From Flavobacteriaceae bacterium (lineage in GTDB: Bacteria > Bacteroidota > Bacteroidia > Flavobacteriales > Flavobacteriaceae): 64,000 nucleotides of DNA. The DNA is taken from assembly GCA_013001965.1 (NCBI GenBank), contig JABDLA010000135.1:1823-65822 (forward strand). The letters are read 5' to 3'. Position 1 is the stretch's first letter. The number at the start of each line of letters is the position of its first letter. This document shows positions 38,755 to 48,541 of this stretch, in pieces. The position numbers and the translations under genes were made by a program. Below the pieces are notes generated by a model. It did no database searches and was not told the origin of the DNA. It saw nothing but the letters and a program-made list of their open reading frames with translations.

Positions 38755-39756
38755 ATGGCATCCAATTTTAAATATGCCGTCATTGGTGGCGGAAGCTGGG
38801 CCACAGCCATTGTTAAAATGCTTTGCGAAAATCTCCCTGAAGTAGGATGGTATATGCGTAGCGAAAGTGCCCTGAATTATATTCTCAAACACAAGCATAA
38901 TCCCAGTTATTTGAGTTCGGTTGAATTTCATCTTGAGCAGCTGAAGCTCAGTAATGACATTAATGAGATTGCGAGTTATGCCGATATCTTGTTCTTTGTT
39001 GTGCCTTCGGCATTTATCCATGCCGAACTGGAGAAATTAAAGGTCGATATTAAAGATAAGGTTGTAGTATCAGCGGTTAAAGGTATTATTCCAGAATCGG
39101 GTTTATTGGTAGGCGAACACTTTCATGATATTTTCAAGATCCCATTTAAAAATATCGCGGTTATTGCAGGGCCCTGTCATGCCGAAGAGGTTGCCCTTGA
39201 GCGTTTGTCTTATCTTACCATTTCATGTGCAGACCCTGAAATGGCTCAGGAAATTGCCAATCAATTATCCAGTAATTATATCAAAACAAAAATCAGTGAT
39301 GATATCATTGGCACCGAATATGCCGTCATGTTAAAAAACATTTACGCCATTGCAGCGGGCATGGCTCACGGATTGGGTTATGGTGATAATTTTCAATCGG
39401 TGCTTATGAGTAACGCGATTCGCGAAATGAAACGCTTCATTAAGAAAATGCATAAAATGAAACGCAACATTAACAATAGCGCTTATTTGGGAGATCTGTT
39501 GGTCACAGGATATTCGGTCTTTTCGAGAAATCGCATGTTTGGCAATATGATCGGTAAAGGCTATACGGTTAAGGCGGCTCAAATGGAAATGAATATGGTT
39601 GCTGAAGGCTATTATGCGACCAAAAGTGCGCATTTACTCAATGAGAAGAACCAAAAGAAAACACGAATTCCTATAATCGAAACGGTTTATGGCATTCTCT
39701 ATGAAGGCAAAAACGCCAAAACAGAATTCAAAAAATTGACTGAAAAGTTAGACTAA
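38755..39756 (+). CDS. gpsA: NAD(P)H-dependent glycerol-3-phosphate dehydrogenase
   Basis: GGGSWATA, GPCHAEEV, LKNIYAIAAG, GDLLVT.YS.FSRNR, VAEG. Confidence 0.93.
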   Translation: MASNFKYAVIGGGSWATAIVKMLCENLPEVGWYMRSESALNYILKHKHNPSYLSSVEFHLEQLKLSNDINEIASYADILFFVVPSAFIHAELEKLKVDIKDKVVVSAVKGIIPESGLLVGEHFHDIFKIPFKNIAVIAGPCHAEEVALERLSYLTISCADPEMAQEIANQLSSNYIKTKISDDIIGTEYAVMLKNIYAIAAGMAHGLGYGDNFQSVLMSNAIREMKRFIKKMHKMKRNINNSAYLGDLLVTGYSVFSRNRMFGNMIGKGYTVKAAQMEMNMVAEGYYATKSAHLLNEKNQKKTRIPIIETVYGILYEGKNAKTEFKKLTEKLD

Positions 39757-39758
39757 TA

Positions 39759-40778
39759 TTATAGCGCCGACCTAAACTGCTTAAGAAACCTCAGGTCATT
39801 TTCGCTTAATAATCGAATATCACTTATCTGATGCAATAGTAATGCAATGCGGTCTATCCCCATTCCGAAGGCAAATCCGGAGTATGCCTTGGAGTCGATA
39901 CCGCAATTATCCAGAACGTTGGGATCCACCATGCCACAGCCCATAATCTCGAGCCATCCTGTCCCTTTGGTCATTTTATAATCGGTTTCTGTTTCCAGTC
40001 CCCAATACACATCAACTTCGGCACTGGGCTCGGTGAATGGAAAATATGATGGTCGGAGGCGAATCTTTGATTTGCCAAACATTTCTGTAGTGAAATATTG
40101 CAGGGTTTGTTTCAGATCGGCAAAACTAACATTCTTGTCAATATAAAGGCCTTCCACCTGGTGAAAGAAGCAGTGGGAACGTGCTGAAATGGCCTCATTT
40201 CTATAAACTCTTCCCGGAGAAATGGTTCGAATAGGCGGTTTGTTGTTTTCCATATAACGCACCTGCACAGAACTTGTATGTGTACGCAATAATATGTCCG
40301 GGTTGGTTTGAATAAAAAAGGTGTCCTGCATATCACGTGCCGGATGATATTCGGGTAAATTCAATGCCGTAAAATTATGCCAGTCGTCCTCAATTTCAGG
40401 ACCCTCGCTCACATTAAAACCAATACGTGAAAAAATATCAATGATCTGGTTCTTCACTATGGATATAGGGTGTCTCGCTCCAATTTCGATGGGTTCACCC
40501 GGGCGTGAGAGATCTCCAAGGCTTCCGGTTGATTCTTCAGCAGCATCCAATTCCTCCTTCAGTGCATTTACTTTCTCCTGGGCCACGGTTTTTAGCTTAT
40601 TTATGGCCTGTCCAAATTCCTTCTTTTGGTCCGCCGCTACATTTTTAAATTCAGCAAAATAATCGTTCAGGATACCTTTCTTTCCGAGGTACTTAATACG
40701 GAACGCTTCGATTTCATCCTTGGACTGGGCTGAGAACGCTTCGGCTTCTTCTATAAGTTCTTTGATCTTATCTATCAT
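39759..40778 (-). CDS. pheS: Phenylalanine--tRNA ligase alpha subunit
   Basis: [41 protein letters not shown]; start set to MIDKIK. Confidence 0.98.
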   Translation of the reverse strand: MIDKIKELIEEAEAFSAQSKDEIEAFRIKYLGKKGILNDYFAEFKNVAADQKKEFGQAINKLKTVAQEKVNALKEELDAAEESTGSLGDLSRPGEPIEIGARHPISIVKNQIIDIFSRIGFNVSEGPEIEDDWHNFTALNLPEYHPARDMQDTFFIQTNPDILLRTHTSSVQVRYMENNKPPIRTISPGRVYRNEAISARSHCFFHQVEGLYIDKNVSFADLKQTLQYFTTEMFGKSKIRLRPSYFPFTEPSAEVDVYWGLETETDYKMTKGTGWLEIMGCGMVDPNVLDNCGIDSKAYSGFAFGMGIDRIALLLHQISDIRLLSENDLRFLKQFRSAL

Positions 40779-40817
40779 GGCTGCCTTCAAAAAAATAAAG
40801 GTCAAATTTACTAAATC

Positions 40818-41174
40818 TTATGGGATAAATTCTGTTTGAAGAAAATAGTTTACAATGGCTTCTTTCATTAAAACACTTTGTTCGCCGGCTTTAAGATGAG
40901 GTAGTTTTTCGGTTGCATTATAATGTGGCCATCCTTGATCATCAACATAATCAAATTCGTAATAGCCATAAGGTTCTAATAATTTACAAATGGCAATGTG
41001 CATCAAATTGAGTTTTTCATCCTTTTTAAAGGAGCGATGTATTTGACCTAATTCCTGTACACCGATCAAATAAATTATCGCATCCAAATCCAGAATTTCC
41101 CCTTCGGCAAATTGTGCAGATAATTTGGTGACTACCAATTCCCAATTTTGTTTTAATACGTTGTCCCTGGCCAT
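40818..41174 (-). CDS. Conserved hypothetical protein
   Basis: LIGVQELG...F.KDEK.NLMHIA.C.LL...GYY...D..GWPH motif. Confidence 0.75.
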   Translation of the reverse strand: MARDNVLKQNWELVVTKLSAQFAEGEILDLDAIIYLIGVQELGQIHRSFKKDEKLNLMHIAICKLLEPYGYYEFDYVDDQGWPHYNATEKLPHLKAGEQSVLMKEAIVNYFLQTEFIP

Positions 41175-41249
41175 AATTGAGAACAAAGTTACAGACTAAT
41201 AAAATAGTAACGAAACATTGTCGTTATATTTGTTACAAGACTATACATC

Positions 41250-41768
41250 ATGAATTTTTTAGATATCCTTTTGGGCGCATTATTATTATTTGGATTAGTG
41301 CGGGGATTAATGAAAGGGCTTTTTGTTGAAGTGGCCTCATTAGTGGCATTGATCGCCGGCGTTTACGGCGCGATTCACTTCAGTAATTTCGCTGCGGAAT
41401 TTTTAATGGATCGTGTAACCTGGAGTGAAAAAACGGTTAATCTTGCCGCTTTTGCCATTACATTCGTAATCATTGTTTTTGCAATTTCGCTGGCTGGAAA
41501 GGCATTAACCAAATTAGCAGACTTTGCTTCGCTGGGATTTCTGAATAAATTCTTAGGCGCCTTGTTTGGTGCCATAAAAATAGGACTGATATTGAGTGTT
41601 GTTCTCATGGTGTTTAGCAAAATGAATAAAACCATTCCATTTATTGGAGAAGAAGATCTGAAAGACTCCGTTCTTTTTGAGCCTGTCAAGTCTCTTGCTC
41701 CAATGATCTTTCCCAATATCCTAAAGATGGATGAAGAGATTGAAGAAACGGCAAAATCTGAGATCTGA
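41250..41768 (+). CDS. cvpA: CvpA family membrane protein
   Basis: MNFLDI...G..RG..KGL..E motif; LNKFLGALFG. Confidence 0.88.
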   Translation: MNFLDILLGALLLFGLVRGLMKGLFVEVASLVALIAGVYGAIHFSNFAAEFLMDRVTWSEKTVNLAAFAITFVIIVFAISLAGKALTKLADFASLGFLNKFLGALFGAIKIGLILSVVLMVFSKMNKTIPFIGEEDLKDSVLFEPVKSLAPMIFPNILKMDEEIEETAKSEI

Positions 41769-41776
41769 TCAAGAGT

Positions 41777-42628
41777 TTAAGATAAGCTCAAAATATACTG
41801 TTTTGGGGTTGTTCCGTATTTCTTTTTGAAGGCTGTTATAAAATGGCTTGCTGTGCTGTATCCAACCATGTCACTTATCTCTGAAACATTGTATGTATTG
41901 GACAATAATTGTTTTCTGGCATATTCCATTTTATAATCAAACAGGAAATTAAAAACCGATTTTCCATAAATATGTTTAAACCCATCCTTCAAATTCGAAA
42001 TCGACAAGCCGATCTCGTTGGATATCTCCTGAAGTGATGGTGGTTCCGCCATATTATTAATGATCAATTGCTTTGCTTTTTTAATCTTATCAACATTGGC
42101 CTCATTGTTCAAAAAGGGACAACTTTGTTGATTCTCCCTGTTTCTGTCAAAATATAAACTTAAGGTTTCATAGGCCTTGGCTTTGACAAAAAGTTTTTGC
42201 ATACCATTGAGTTTTTGATCTTCTAATATTTGATTTAACACCAATATTTCCGAAGGTGATAGCTCTTTATCAAGGTAATATTTTTTATCCCTGTTCTCAT
42301 CATTTAAGAAGGGGATCAAATCAGCAATTCGAGAGAAGAACGAATGAAAGCGTTTAATGGCGACAACAAATATTAGATATCTCCCTTTAGGATTTAAATT
42401 TAAATCGATGGGAAGATTTTGATTCGGATTATAAAGCAATATCGATTTGCCAGATATAACATCTAAGCTGTAATGTGGTCCAAAATTTAATTTAGCGTTT
42501 TCATTAAGGCTAAAATGCAGTTGAATAAATGAATTTTCAACCGCCTTTTTATAACTCAAAATATCATTCGAGCTATTTGTCAATTGGATTATTTTAAAAC
42601 CGTCTTCTATCTCTATTTCATCGAACAT
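41777..42628 (-). CDS. AraC family transcriptional regulator
   Basis: C-terminal double HTH (PPSLQEIS..IGLS; VSEIS..VGYSTASHF..AFKKKYG.TP); CPFL linker motif. Confidence 0.93.
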   Translation of the reverse strand: MFDEIEIEDGFKIIQLTNSSNDILSYKKAVENSFIQLHFSLNENAKLNFGPHYSLDVISGKSILLYNPNQNLPIDLNLNPKGRYLIFVVAIKRFHSFFSRIADLIPFLNDENRDKKYYLDKELSPSEILVLNQILEDQKLNGMQKLFVKAKAYETLSLYFDRNRENQQSCPFLNNEANVDKIKKAKQLIINNMAEPPSLQEISNEIGLSISNLKDGFKHIYGKSVFNFLFDYKMEYARKQLLSNTYNVSEISDMVGYSTASHFITAFKKKYGTTPKQYILSLS

Positions 42629-42832
42629 ATTTTTTCGTTATTTTTTTAATTAATTCGTTTCGGAATTAAATCATTTTGCTTGAGTTATTCAGGGCAAATG
42701 TATTCATATTAACTATGAATATCACCAAAATGAGCAATTTTTATTTTTCCGATATTAATTTATCTTCCAGCGTTATTTTTTATAAAGTTAACCGATTATT
42801 TTCGCATAGATTTTAAGACCTTCTAACGAACA

Positions 42833-44923
42833 ATGCACCTTAAATCCCTTGTTATCTCATTTTTTATCTTCAGTTCACTGTCTAACGCCCAGGTTAGGCT
42901 GAAGGATACAGTGGTAGAACAAAAATTAGACGAGGTTATTTTAACTGCCACACGTACCTATAGGCAATTATCTTCATTACCATTACCGGCCCAAATTGTA
43001 AAACAGGAGGAAATAATGGCGATGAATTCAATGCGGCTCACTGATATTTTAAATGAACAACCCGGATTAGTAACCGTATCTGAATTTGTAGGAGGTGCAG
43101 GCATTCAAATGCAGGGTCTGGATGCACAATATACTTTAATTCTCATTGATGGTGTCCCCTTGATTGGACGATCGGCAGGAACGCTTGACATCAGTAGAAT
43201 TAGTGTAGGTAATATCAAACAAATTGAAATTGTTAAAGGAGCTTCATCTAGCCTTTATGGGAATAAGGCTCTTGGCGGTGTAATCAATATCATCACCAAC
43301 AAGCCCAAAACAGATTTTCATGGTAAGCTGTTTTACCGCTATGGTACTTTTAATACACATGATACCAGTTTAAACGCCAGCTTTAAAAATGATAATTTCT
43401 CATGGAGTCTTTTTCTCAATAGAAACAGTAGTGATGGATACCAGTTCCCTAATGCTGCGAACCTAAATACTGTAGATCCTTACAGCAATTATACCTTAAA
43501 TTCAAAATTGGGCTTCGATCTTACATCAAAAACAACAATTTTTGTTTCCGGACGATACTATATTCAGGATCAAATATATGCTCCAACACTTGAAGAAAAA
43601 GGTGAAATAAATATCTCCGAGTGGAATGCTCATTTAAAGGTAGAACATCATTTTAATACCAAATTGAGCGGTGATCTCGAACTATATGCGACGCGTTATA
43701 AAGCTGATGAGTATTTAAACTCCATTGAAAACGACTCCTTATTTAGCAAAAGTGATTATAACGAGCTGCTTCTGAGGCCGGAATTAAAGGGTATTTATAA
43801 ACCCTCAGATAAATCGACAGTTATCGCCGGTGTTGGATTAACGCATGAGTCTTTGGACCGAACTGATTTTTCAACAAAACCCATATTCAATTCCCCTTAC
43901 ATTTTTGCTCAATATGATGGAAAGCCGAAAAAAAACCTCAACCTTATTTTAGGAGTTCGATTTGATAGCCATAATGAATACGCTTCGCAATGGAGTCCAA
44001 AAGCTGCTATCCGTTTTAAATTAAATGATCATCTCGCTCTAAAAGGATCTGTAGGTTATGGTTTTAAAGCCCCTGATTTCAGGCAATTATATTTCGATTA
44101 TACTAATGGGTTTGTAGGCTATACAATTTTGGGATATAACACTGTTGTGACACGAATTCCGGAACTTGAGGCTCAGGGTCAAATTTCCAATATCGTAGTA
44201 CCGATTTCAGAATATGAAGACCGGCTAAACCCTGAGAATTCGGTCGCCTATAATTTCGGAATAACGTTTGACCCCATATCGACTTTGCAATTTGAATTAA
44301 ACCTGTTTAAAAACAATATTCATGATCTTATCGATACGCGTTTAATCGCTAATAAAACCAATGGTCAGAACGTGTACAGCTACTACAATGTAAAAGACGT
44401 TTATACAGAAGGTTTAGAATTTAATAGTTCATGGAAACCCTCAAATACCCTAAAATTTTCTCTTGGATATCAACTTCTTTTCGCAAAAGACAAAGCCGCG
44501 GAAGACGCTTTTGCAAAAGGGGAGGTTTTCGCAAGATTAAGTCCGAATTCACCAGCCTTTCAGCTTGATGAAGATGATTATTTTGGTTTGTACAACCGGT
44601 CACGACATATGATCAATCTTAAAGTCTTTTATAATTATGAGCCATGGAAATTAAAATCGAATATCAGGGTGAATTACAGAAGTAAATATGGATTGTTCGA
44701 TACCAATAGCAACGATTATTTAGATCGGTACGACGAATTTATCGAGGGCTATATGATATGGAATTGGGCGGTCAACAAAAGGATCAATAAACATTACGAT
44801 ATGGGTATTGGGATAGACAATATATTCGATTTCAAGGACCCTCCTTCTTCTTCGAATGACTTCCTTTTTATTGGAAACATTCCCGGAAGGATCATTTACG
44901 CAAAATTTAATATTCAATTATAA
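42833..44923 (+). CDS. TonB-dependent receptor, HmuR-like heme receptor
   Basis: LDEVILTATR, LILIDG.P, IEIVKGASSSLYG..ALGGVINII, FKAPDF; directly upstream of hmuY. Confidence 0.88.
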   Translation: MHLKSLVISFFIFSSLSNAQVRLKDTVVEQKLDEVILTATRTYRQLSSLPLPAQIVKQEEIMAMNSMRLTDILNEQPGLVTVSEFVGGAGIQMQGLDAQYTLILIDGVPLIGRSAGTLDISRISVGNIKQIEIVKGASSSLYGNKALGGVINIITNKPKTDFHGKLFYRYGTFNTHDTSLNASFKNDNFSWSLFLNRNSSDGYQFPNAANLNTVDPYSNYTLNSKLGFDLTSKTTIFVSGRYYIQDQIYAPTLEEKGEINISEWNAHLKVEHHFNTKLSGDLELYATRYKADEYLNSIENDSLFSKSDYNELLLRPELKGIYKPSDKSTVIAGVGLTHESLDRTDFSTKPIFNSPYIFAQYDGKPKKNLNLILGVRFDSHNEYASQWSPKAAIRFKLNDHLALKGSVGYGFKAPDFRQLYFDYTNGFVGYTILGYNTVVTRIPELEAQGQISNIVVPISEYEDRLNPENSVAYNFGITFDPISTLQFELNLFKNNIHDLIDTRLIANKTNGQNVYSYYNVKDVYTEGLEFNSSWKPSNTLKFSLGYQLLFAKDKAAEDAFAKGEVFARLSPNSPAFQLDEDDYFGLYNRSRHMINLKVFYNYEPWKLKSNIRVNYRSKYGLFDTNSNDYLDRYDEFIEGYMIWNWAVNKRINKHYDMGIGIDNIFDFKDPPSSSNDFLFIGNIPGRIIYAKFNIQL

Positions 44924-44941
44924 TCAAATTAATTTATACAC

Positions 44942-45574
44942 ATGAAAACAATCAAAGTACTTGCAGTATTAACTTTATTCATCACCTTAAATTCGTGCAC
45001 TAAGGACGATGATGTTCAACCACAGTTTCAAATTGAAACCAATACGGTTACCAATTTACACGCACCTCAAATTGGCGGAATAGATCAAATGGGAAATCCT
45101 CAACCAATCTCTGGGGAGTTTACCAAGTTTGACTTTTCAAGCGGATCAATCACTACAAGCGCAACCGAATGGGATATTGCTTTTAGAGCAACCTCTATTA
45201 TAATCAATGGAGGCGTTTCTTTTGAATCAACCGATGAACCTGAACGCAGTGGAAATGCAGCCGCATATATGGCAACAGGAACGATGGACATGGTCAATGC
45301 TGTAAACACCTCTTTATTAGAGCAAGATTCAGTAAACGGATATGTCTTGAGTGATTGGTATACTTATGCAGGGCCGCCTACACATTTAATTTCACCAACT
45401 GCAGGTAAGATATTGGTCATTAGAACCCGCGATGGCAAATATGCCAAAGTCGAGATCCTGAGCTATTACAAAGACGCTCCCGAAAATCCTGATGCCTTTG
45501 CTGATGAAGAACGTTATTATACCTTTAATTTCGTTTATCAGCCTAACGAAGGTGAAACGAGCTTTAACAATTAG
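44942..45574 (+). CDS. hmuY: HmuY family heme-binding lipoprotein
   Basis: Lipobox NSC followed by KDDD export signal; WDIAFR, WYTY...HLI.P, RTRDGKYAKVEILSYY. Confidence 0.88.
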   Translation: MKTIKVLAVLTLFITLNSCTKDDDVQPQFQIETNTVTNLHAPQIGGIDQMGNPQPISGEFTKFDFSSGSITTSATEWDIAFRATSIIINGGVSFESTDEPERSGNAAAYMATGTMDMVNAVNTSLLEQDSVNGYVLSDWYTYAGPPTHLISPTAGKILVIRTRDGKYAKVEILSYYKDAPENPDAFADEERYYTFNFVYQPNEGETSFNN

Positions 45575-45588
45575 AACATCTGTTAAAC

Positions 45589-45624
45589 AAAAAAATAGCC
45601 GCTAAAAGCGGCTATTTTTTTTTT
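45589..45624. terminator. Bidirectional intrinsic terminator
   Basis: A-run, TAGCCGCT-AAA-AGCGGCTA, T-run. Confidence 0.9.
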
Positions 45625-45626
45625 GG

Positions 45627-46259
45627 TTATACTAACCTTACTTTTCCAGTGGAAATATCATAGACACCTCCAACAATGGAGATCTCATTGTTATCTTCCA
45701 TCTCCTTGAGTATTGCGCTTTTTTCCCTAATCCGGTCTATGGTTAGCTTTACATTGTTTTCTACCGTTCTTCTAACCATTTCATTATTGGATGAATTCGC
45801 TTCACCATCAACTTCATTTGCCGATTGGCGAACTGCAGGCATGATGTTCTCTAACATCGCGGTAATATTGCCAAGTTCAACGCCATCGCAGGCCGCCTTC
45901 ACAGCGCCACATCCTTCATGGCCAAGTACCAATACCAGTTTGCTTCCGGCTGCTTTGCATGAATATTCCATACTTCCTAAGATATCGACATTTTCAAAAT
46001 TCCCGGCAACACGTGCTACAAATATGTCGCCAATGGCCTGATCAAATACCTGCTCAACAGGAACCCTTGAATCAATACAAGAGAGTACGACGGCCTTGGG
46101 AAATTGCCCTGATGCCGTTTGATCAATTAATGCTTTATTATCTATGGTTTGTGAATTGCTGTTCGTAAATCTTTCATTTCCTTCCATAAGGTCCTTTAAT
46201 ACTCCCGTTGGACTAAGGGTATCCTGAACCTCTTTTGTGATTGCTTTATTTTTTATCAT
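45627..46259 (-). CDS. Beta-class carbonic anhydrase
   Basis: Zinc ligands CIDSR and GHEGCGAV; RVAGN; GNERF. Confidence 0.95.
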   Translation of the reverse strand: MIKNKAITKEVQDTLSPTGVLKDLMEGNERFTNSNSQTIDNKALIDQTASGQFPKAVVLSCIDSRVPVEQVFDQAIGDIFVARVAGNFENVDILGSMEYSCKAAGSKLVLVLGHEGCGAVKAACDGVELGNITAMLENIMPAVRQSANEVDGEANSSNNEMVRRTVENNVKLTIDRIREKSAILKEMEDNNEISIVGGVYDISTGKVRLV

Positions 46260-46261
46260 AA

Positions 46262-48127
46262 TTATTGTGTTTTAACGTTTACATTTTCTTTTATCCATTG
46301 TGCACACTCTTTGAAGTTATCAAAGATGTGTTCTTCCGGAATCAAATCCGGAATGATATCGATGCGTTCCATCATATAGCGCGGCTGTGGCAAGACGTCA
46401 ACTAAAAGTACAATATTCTCTTCTCGTTTTAAATCTACCAAGACATCTTCCAATGCATACAAGCCGGATTGATCAACATATTGCATCCTGTCCATTCTTA
46501 TAATAATAGTATGTGTATTTGGCGGAATCTGTTGCGCTAACAGTTGAAAATTACTGGTCGACCCAAAAAATAACGGCCCTTTAATATGCTTGATAAAGAC
46601 CTCTTCTTTAAGCCGTTCCGGAATACCGACTTCATCCTTCCATGCCTCTTCTTTAAAGGCCTTAACATCTGAACGCTCACCGGTCAAGTCGCCAATTTTT
46701 TTCATGAACATCAGAGAGGCAATAATAAGTCCTATACCTACTGCATATACCAAATTCCAAACCGAAGCTAATACAAGGACAACCAACATGATCACGACTT
46801 CCGAACTTATTTTAAGCGGTCCAATTTTCATGTCTCGTGGTAAACTAGGTATGGCCTTCAATCCCTTATAGTCCATCACGCCAATACCTACTGTAATTAA
46901 AATTCCCGCCAGAACTGCAGAAGGAATTTTTGAAGCTATTGGCCCTAAGGCCAAGAGAATAAACAGCAGCATAATCCCCGCTATCATTCCGGAAAGTTTG
47001 GTCTTTCCGCCCGACTTTATATTCACTACAGTTCTAATGGTTGCTCCGGCCCCCGGAATCCCTCCAAATACGGCTGCAATACTATTTCCTATACCTTGAC
47101 CAACCAACTCCTTATTAGGCTTGTGTTTGGTTTTCGTCATGTTGTCGGCAACCACACTCGTTAATAATGAATCGATAGCTCCCAATAATGCCAGGGTCAA
47201 AGCCGTGAATACATAAGGGGTGACATTGCCTAATTTAAAGCCGGTAAATATTTCGGTTACCGGATAGGGAAATCCTTCTGGAATTTGTTCAATCGGCCTG
47301 TAATTAAGTCCAAATGCCACAGCCGCACCCGAAACCACAATTAAGGCCACAAGCGTACTAGGAATCACTGAGGTAATGCGTTTGAATCCATAAATGATAA
47401 ATATGGTTGCCAAAGCCAAAGACAGTTCAAGCCAGTTAATACTTTTTAATGCTCTTGGAAGTGTCTTAATGGTGCCAATTACACCAGAGGCATCCTTAGC
47501 GGCCAAAGTTTGGGATTCGGCCAATATTTGTTCATCCGTAATTTGTTCAGCCCTGCTGATGGTTTCCTTGAAGTCTTCAAGAACCAAAATACCTTCACCG
47601 GCTTCTTCCTTCAGGATGTTCTCCAAAATAATTTCCTCGGCAATGGGTTTATACTGATTTACAAATTCTAGATCCTCTTTGGGATAATAACCAACAGACG
47701 GAAATATTTGAGTGATCAAAATGATAACCCCAATGGCTGTCATAAATCCAGAAACAACAGGATAAGGAATAAATCTTATGTATTGTCCTATTCCAATAAC
47801 CCCTAAACCAATTTGCATAAATCCAGCGAGTAAGAATACCGTGAGTATTACCGGAAGGGCTTTGTTCACATCACCATCATTTACTGCAATAATACCGGCT
47901 ATTACAACCATACTTACTGCCGTCATTGGCGCGGTAGGTCCAGAAATCTGAGTATTTGTACCACCGAACAAGGCCGCAAAAAAGCTTATGAAAATAGCTC
48001 CATAAAGCCCTGCTGTTGGCCCTAAGCCAGATGAAACACCAAAAGCGAGTGCTAATGGTAAGGCCACAATTCCAGCGGTAATTCCACCAAAGGCATCACC
48101 TTTAAAGTTTGAAAAAAAGTTCTTCAT
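46262..48127 (-). CDS. SulP/SLC26 anion transporter (BicA-like) with STAS domain
   Basis: ALPLALAFG, QISGPT, DSLLTS, NKELVGQG.GN, GATIRT, STAS GPLFFG...D.SG. Confidence 0.93.
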   Translation of the reverse strand: MKNFFSNFKGDAFGGITAGIVALPLALAFGVSSGLGPTAGLYGAIFISFFAALFGGTNTQISGPTAPMTAVSMVVIAGIIAVNDGDVNKALPVILTVFLLAGFMQIGLGVIGIGQYIRFIPYPVVSGFMTAIGVIILITQIFPSVGYYPKEDLEFVNQYKPIAEEIILENILKEEAGEGILVLEDFKETISRAEQITDEQILAESQTLAAKDASGVIGTIKTLPRALKSINWLELSLALATIFIIYGFKRITSVIPSTLVALIVVSGAAVAFGLNYRPIEQIPEGFPYPVTEIFTGFKLGNVTPYVFTALTLALLGAIDSLLTSVVADNMTKTKHKPNKELVGQGIGNSIAAVFGGIPGAGATIRTVVNIKSGGKTKLSGMIAGIMLLFILLALGPIASKIPSAVLAGILITVGIGVMDYKGLKAIPSLPRDMKIGPLKISSEVVIMLVVLVLASVWNLVYAVGIGLIIASLMFMKKIGDLTGERSDVKAFKEEAWKDEVGIPERLKEEVFIKHIKGPLFFGSTSNFQLLAQQIPPNTHTIIIRMDRMQYVDQSGLYALEDVLVDLKREENIVLLVDVLPQPRYMMERIDIIPDLIPEEHIFDNFKECAQWIKENVNVKTQ

Positions 48128-48177
48128 TTGAAAAAATATAGAAAGTTAGTATTAAAAAAATTGAATTTTAAGAATAT

Positions 48178-48480
48178 CTATATCTGTTCGGGGGGACGAT
48201 ACGTAGAATTTAAATCAGGATTATAATATGAATTCCTATTGAAGTTACTGAACTTCAAATTGGCCTGGAATATCACGCCTTCAGAATTGCCAAAATTATT
48301 ATAGACATCTAGTTCAAAAAGTTCTCTGAGCTCATTTTCTTCTCCTTCATTTTCTTCTTCTCCCAGATTAATAAAGCTCTCAATATTAACTTCCTTATCG
48401 TTTAATATCATAAACGTAGGGCAGGTTATAAATGTTAAGAATATGCAAGCAAATAAAAATGTAATGCCGTTACTTTTCAT
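48178..48480 (-). CDS. Small membrane-anchored protein, candidate leader peptide of sulP-CA
   Basis: 100 aa: N-terminal hydrophobic helix, acidic middle, C-terminal YRPPEQI; 50 nt upstream of sulP on the same strand. Confidence 0.65.
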   Translation of the reverse strand: MKSNGITFLFACIFLTFITCPTFMILNDKEVNIESFINLGEEENEGEENELRELFELDVYNNFGNSEGVIFQANLKFSNFNRNSYYNPDLNSTYRPPEQI

Positions 48481-48541
48481 CTAAAATTCTGGTTGAACGG
48501 CAAATATAATATTTAACTCTAATGAAAATGTTAAAGATGTT

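Noticed and set aside
42808..42828. Possible Fur box (TTTAAGACCTTCTAA) before the heme receptor
   Set aside because: Half-site spacing and symmetry fit the TTTAGA-N5-TCTAAA-type palindrome poorly.
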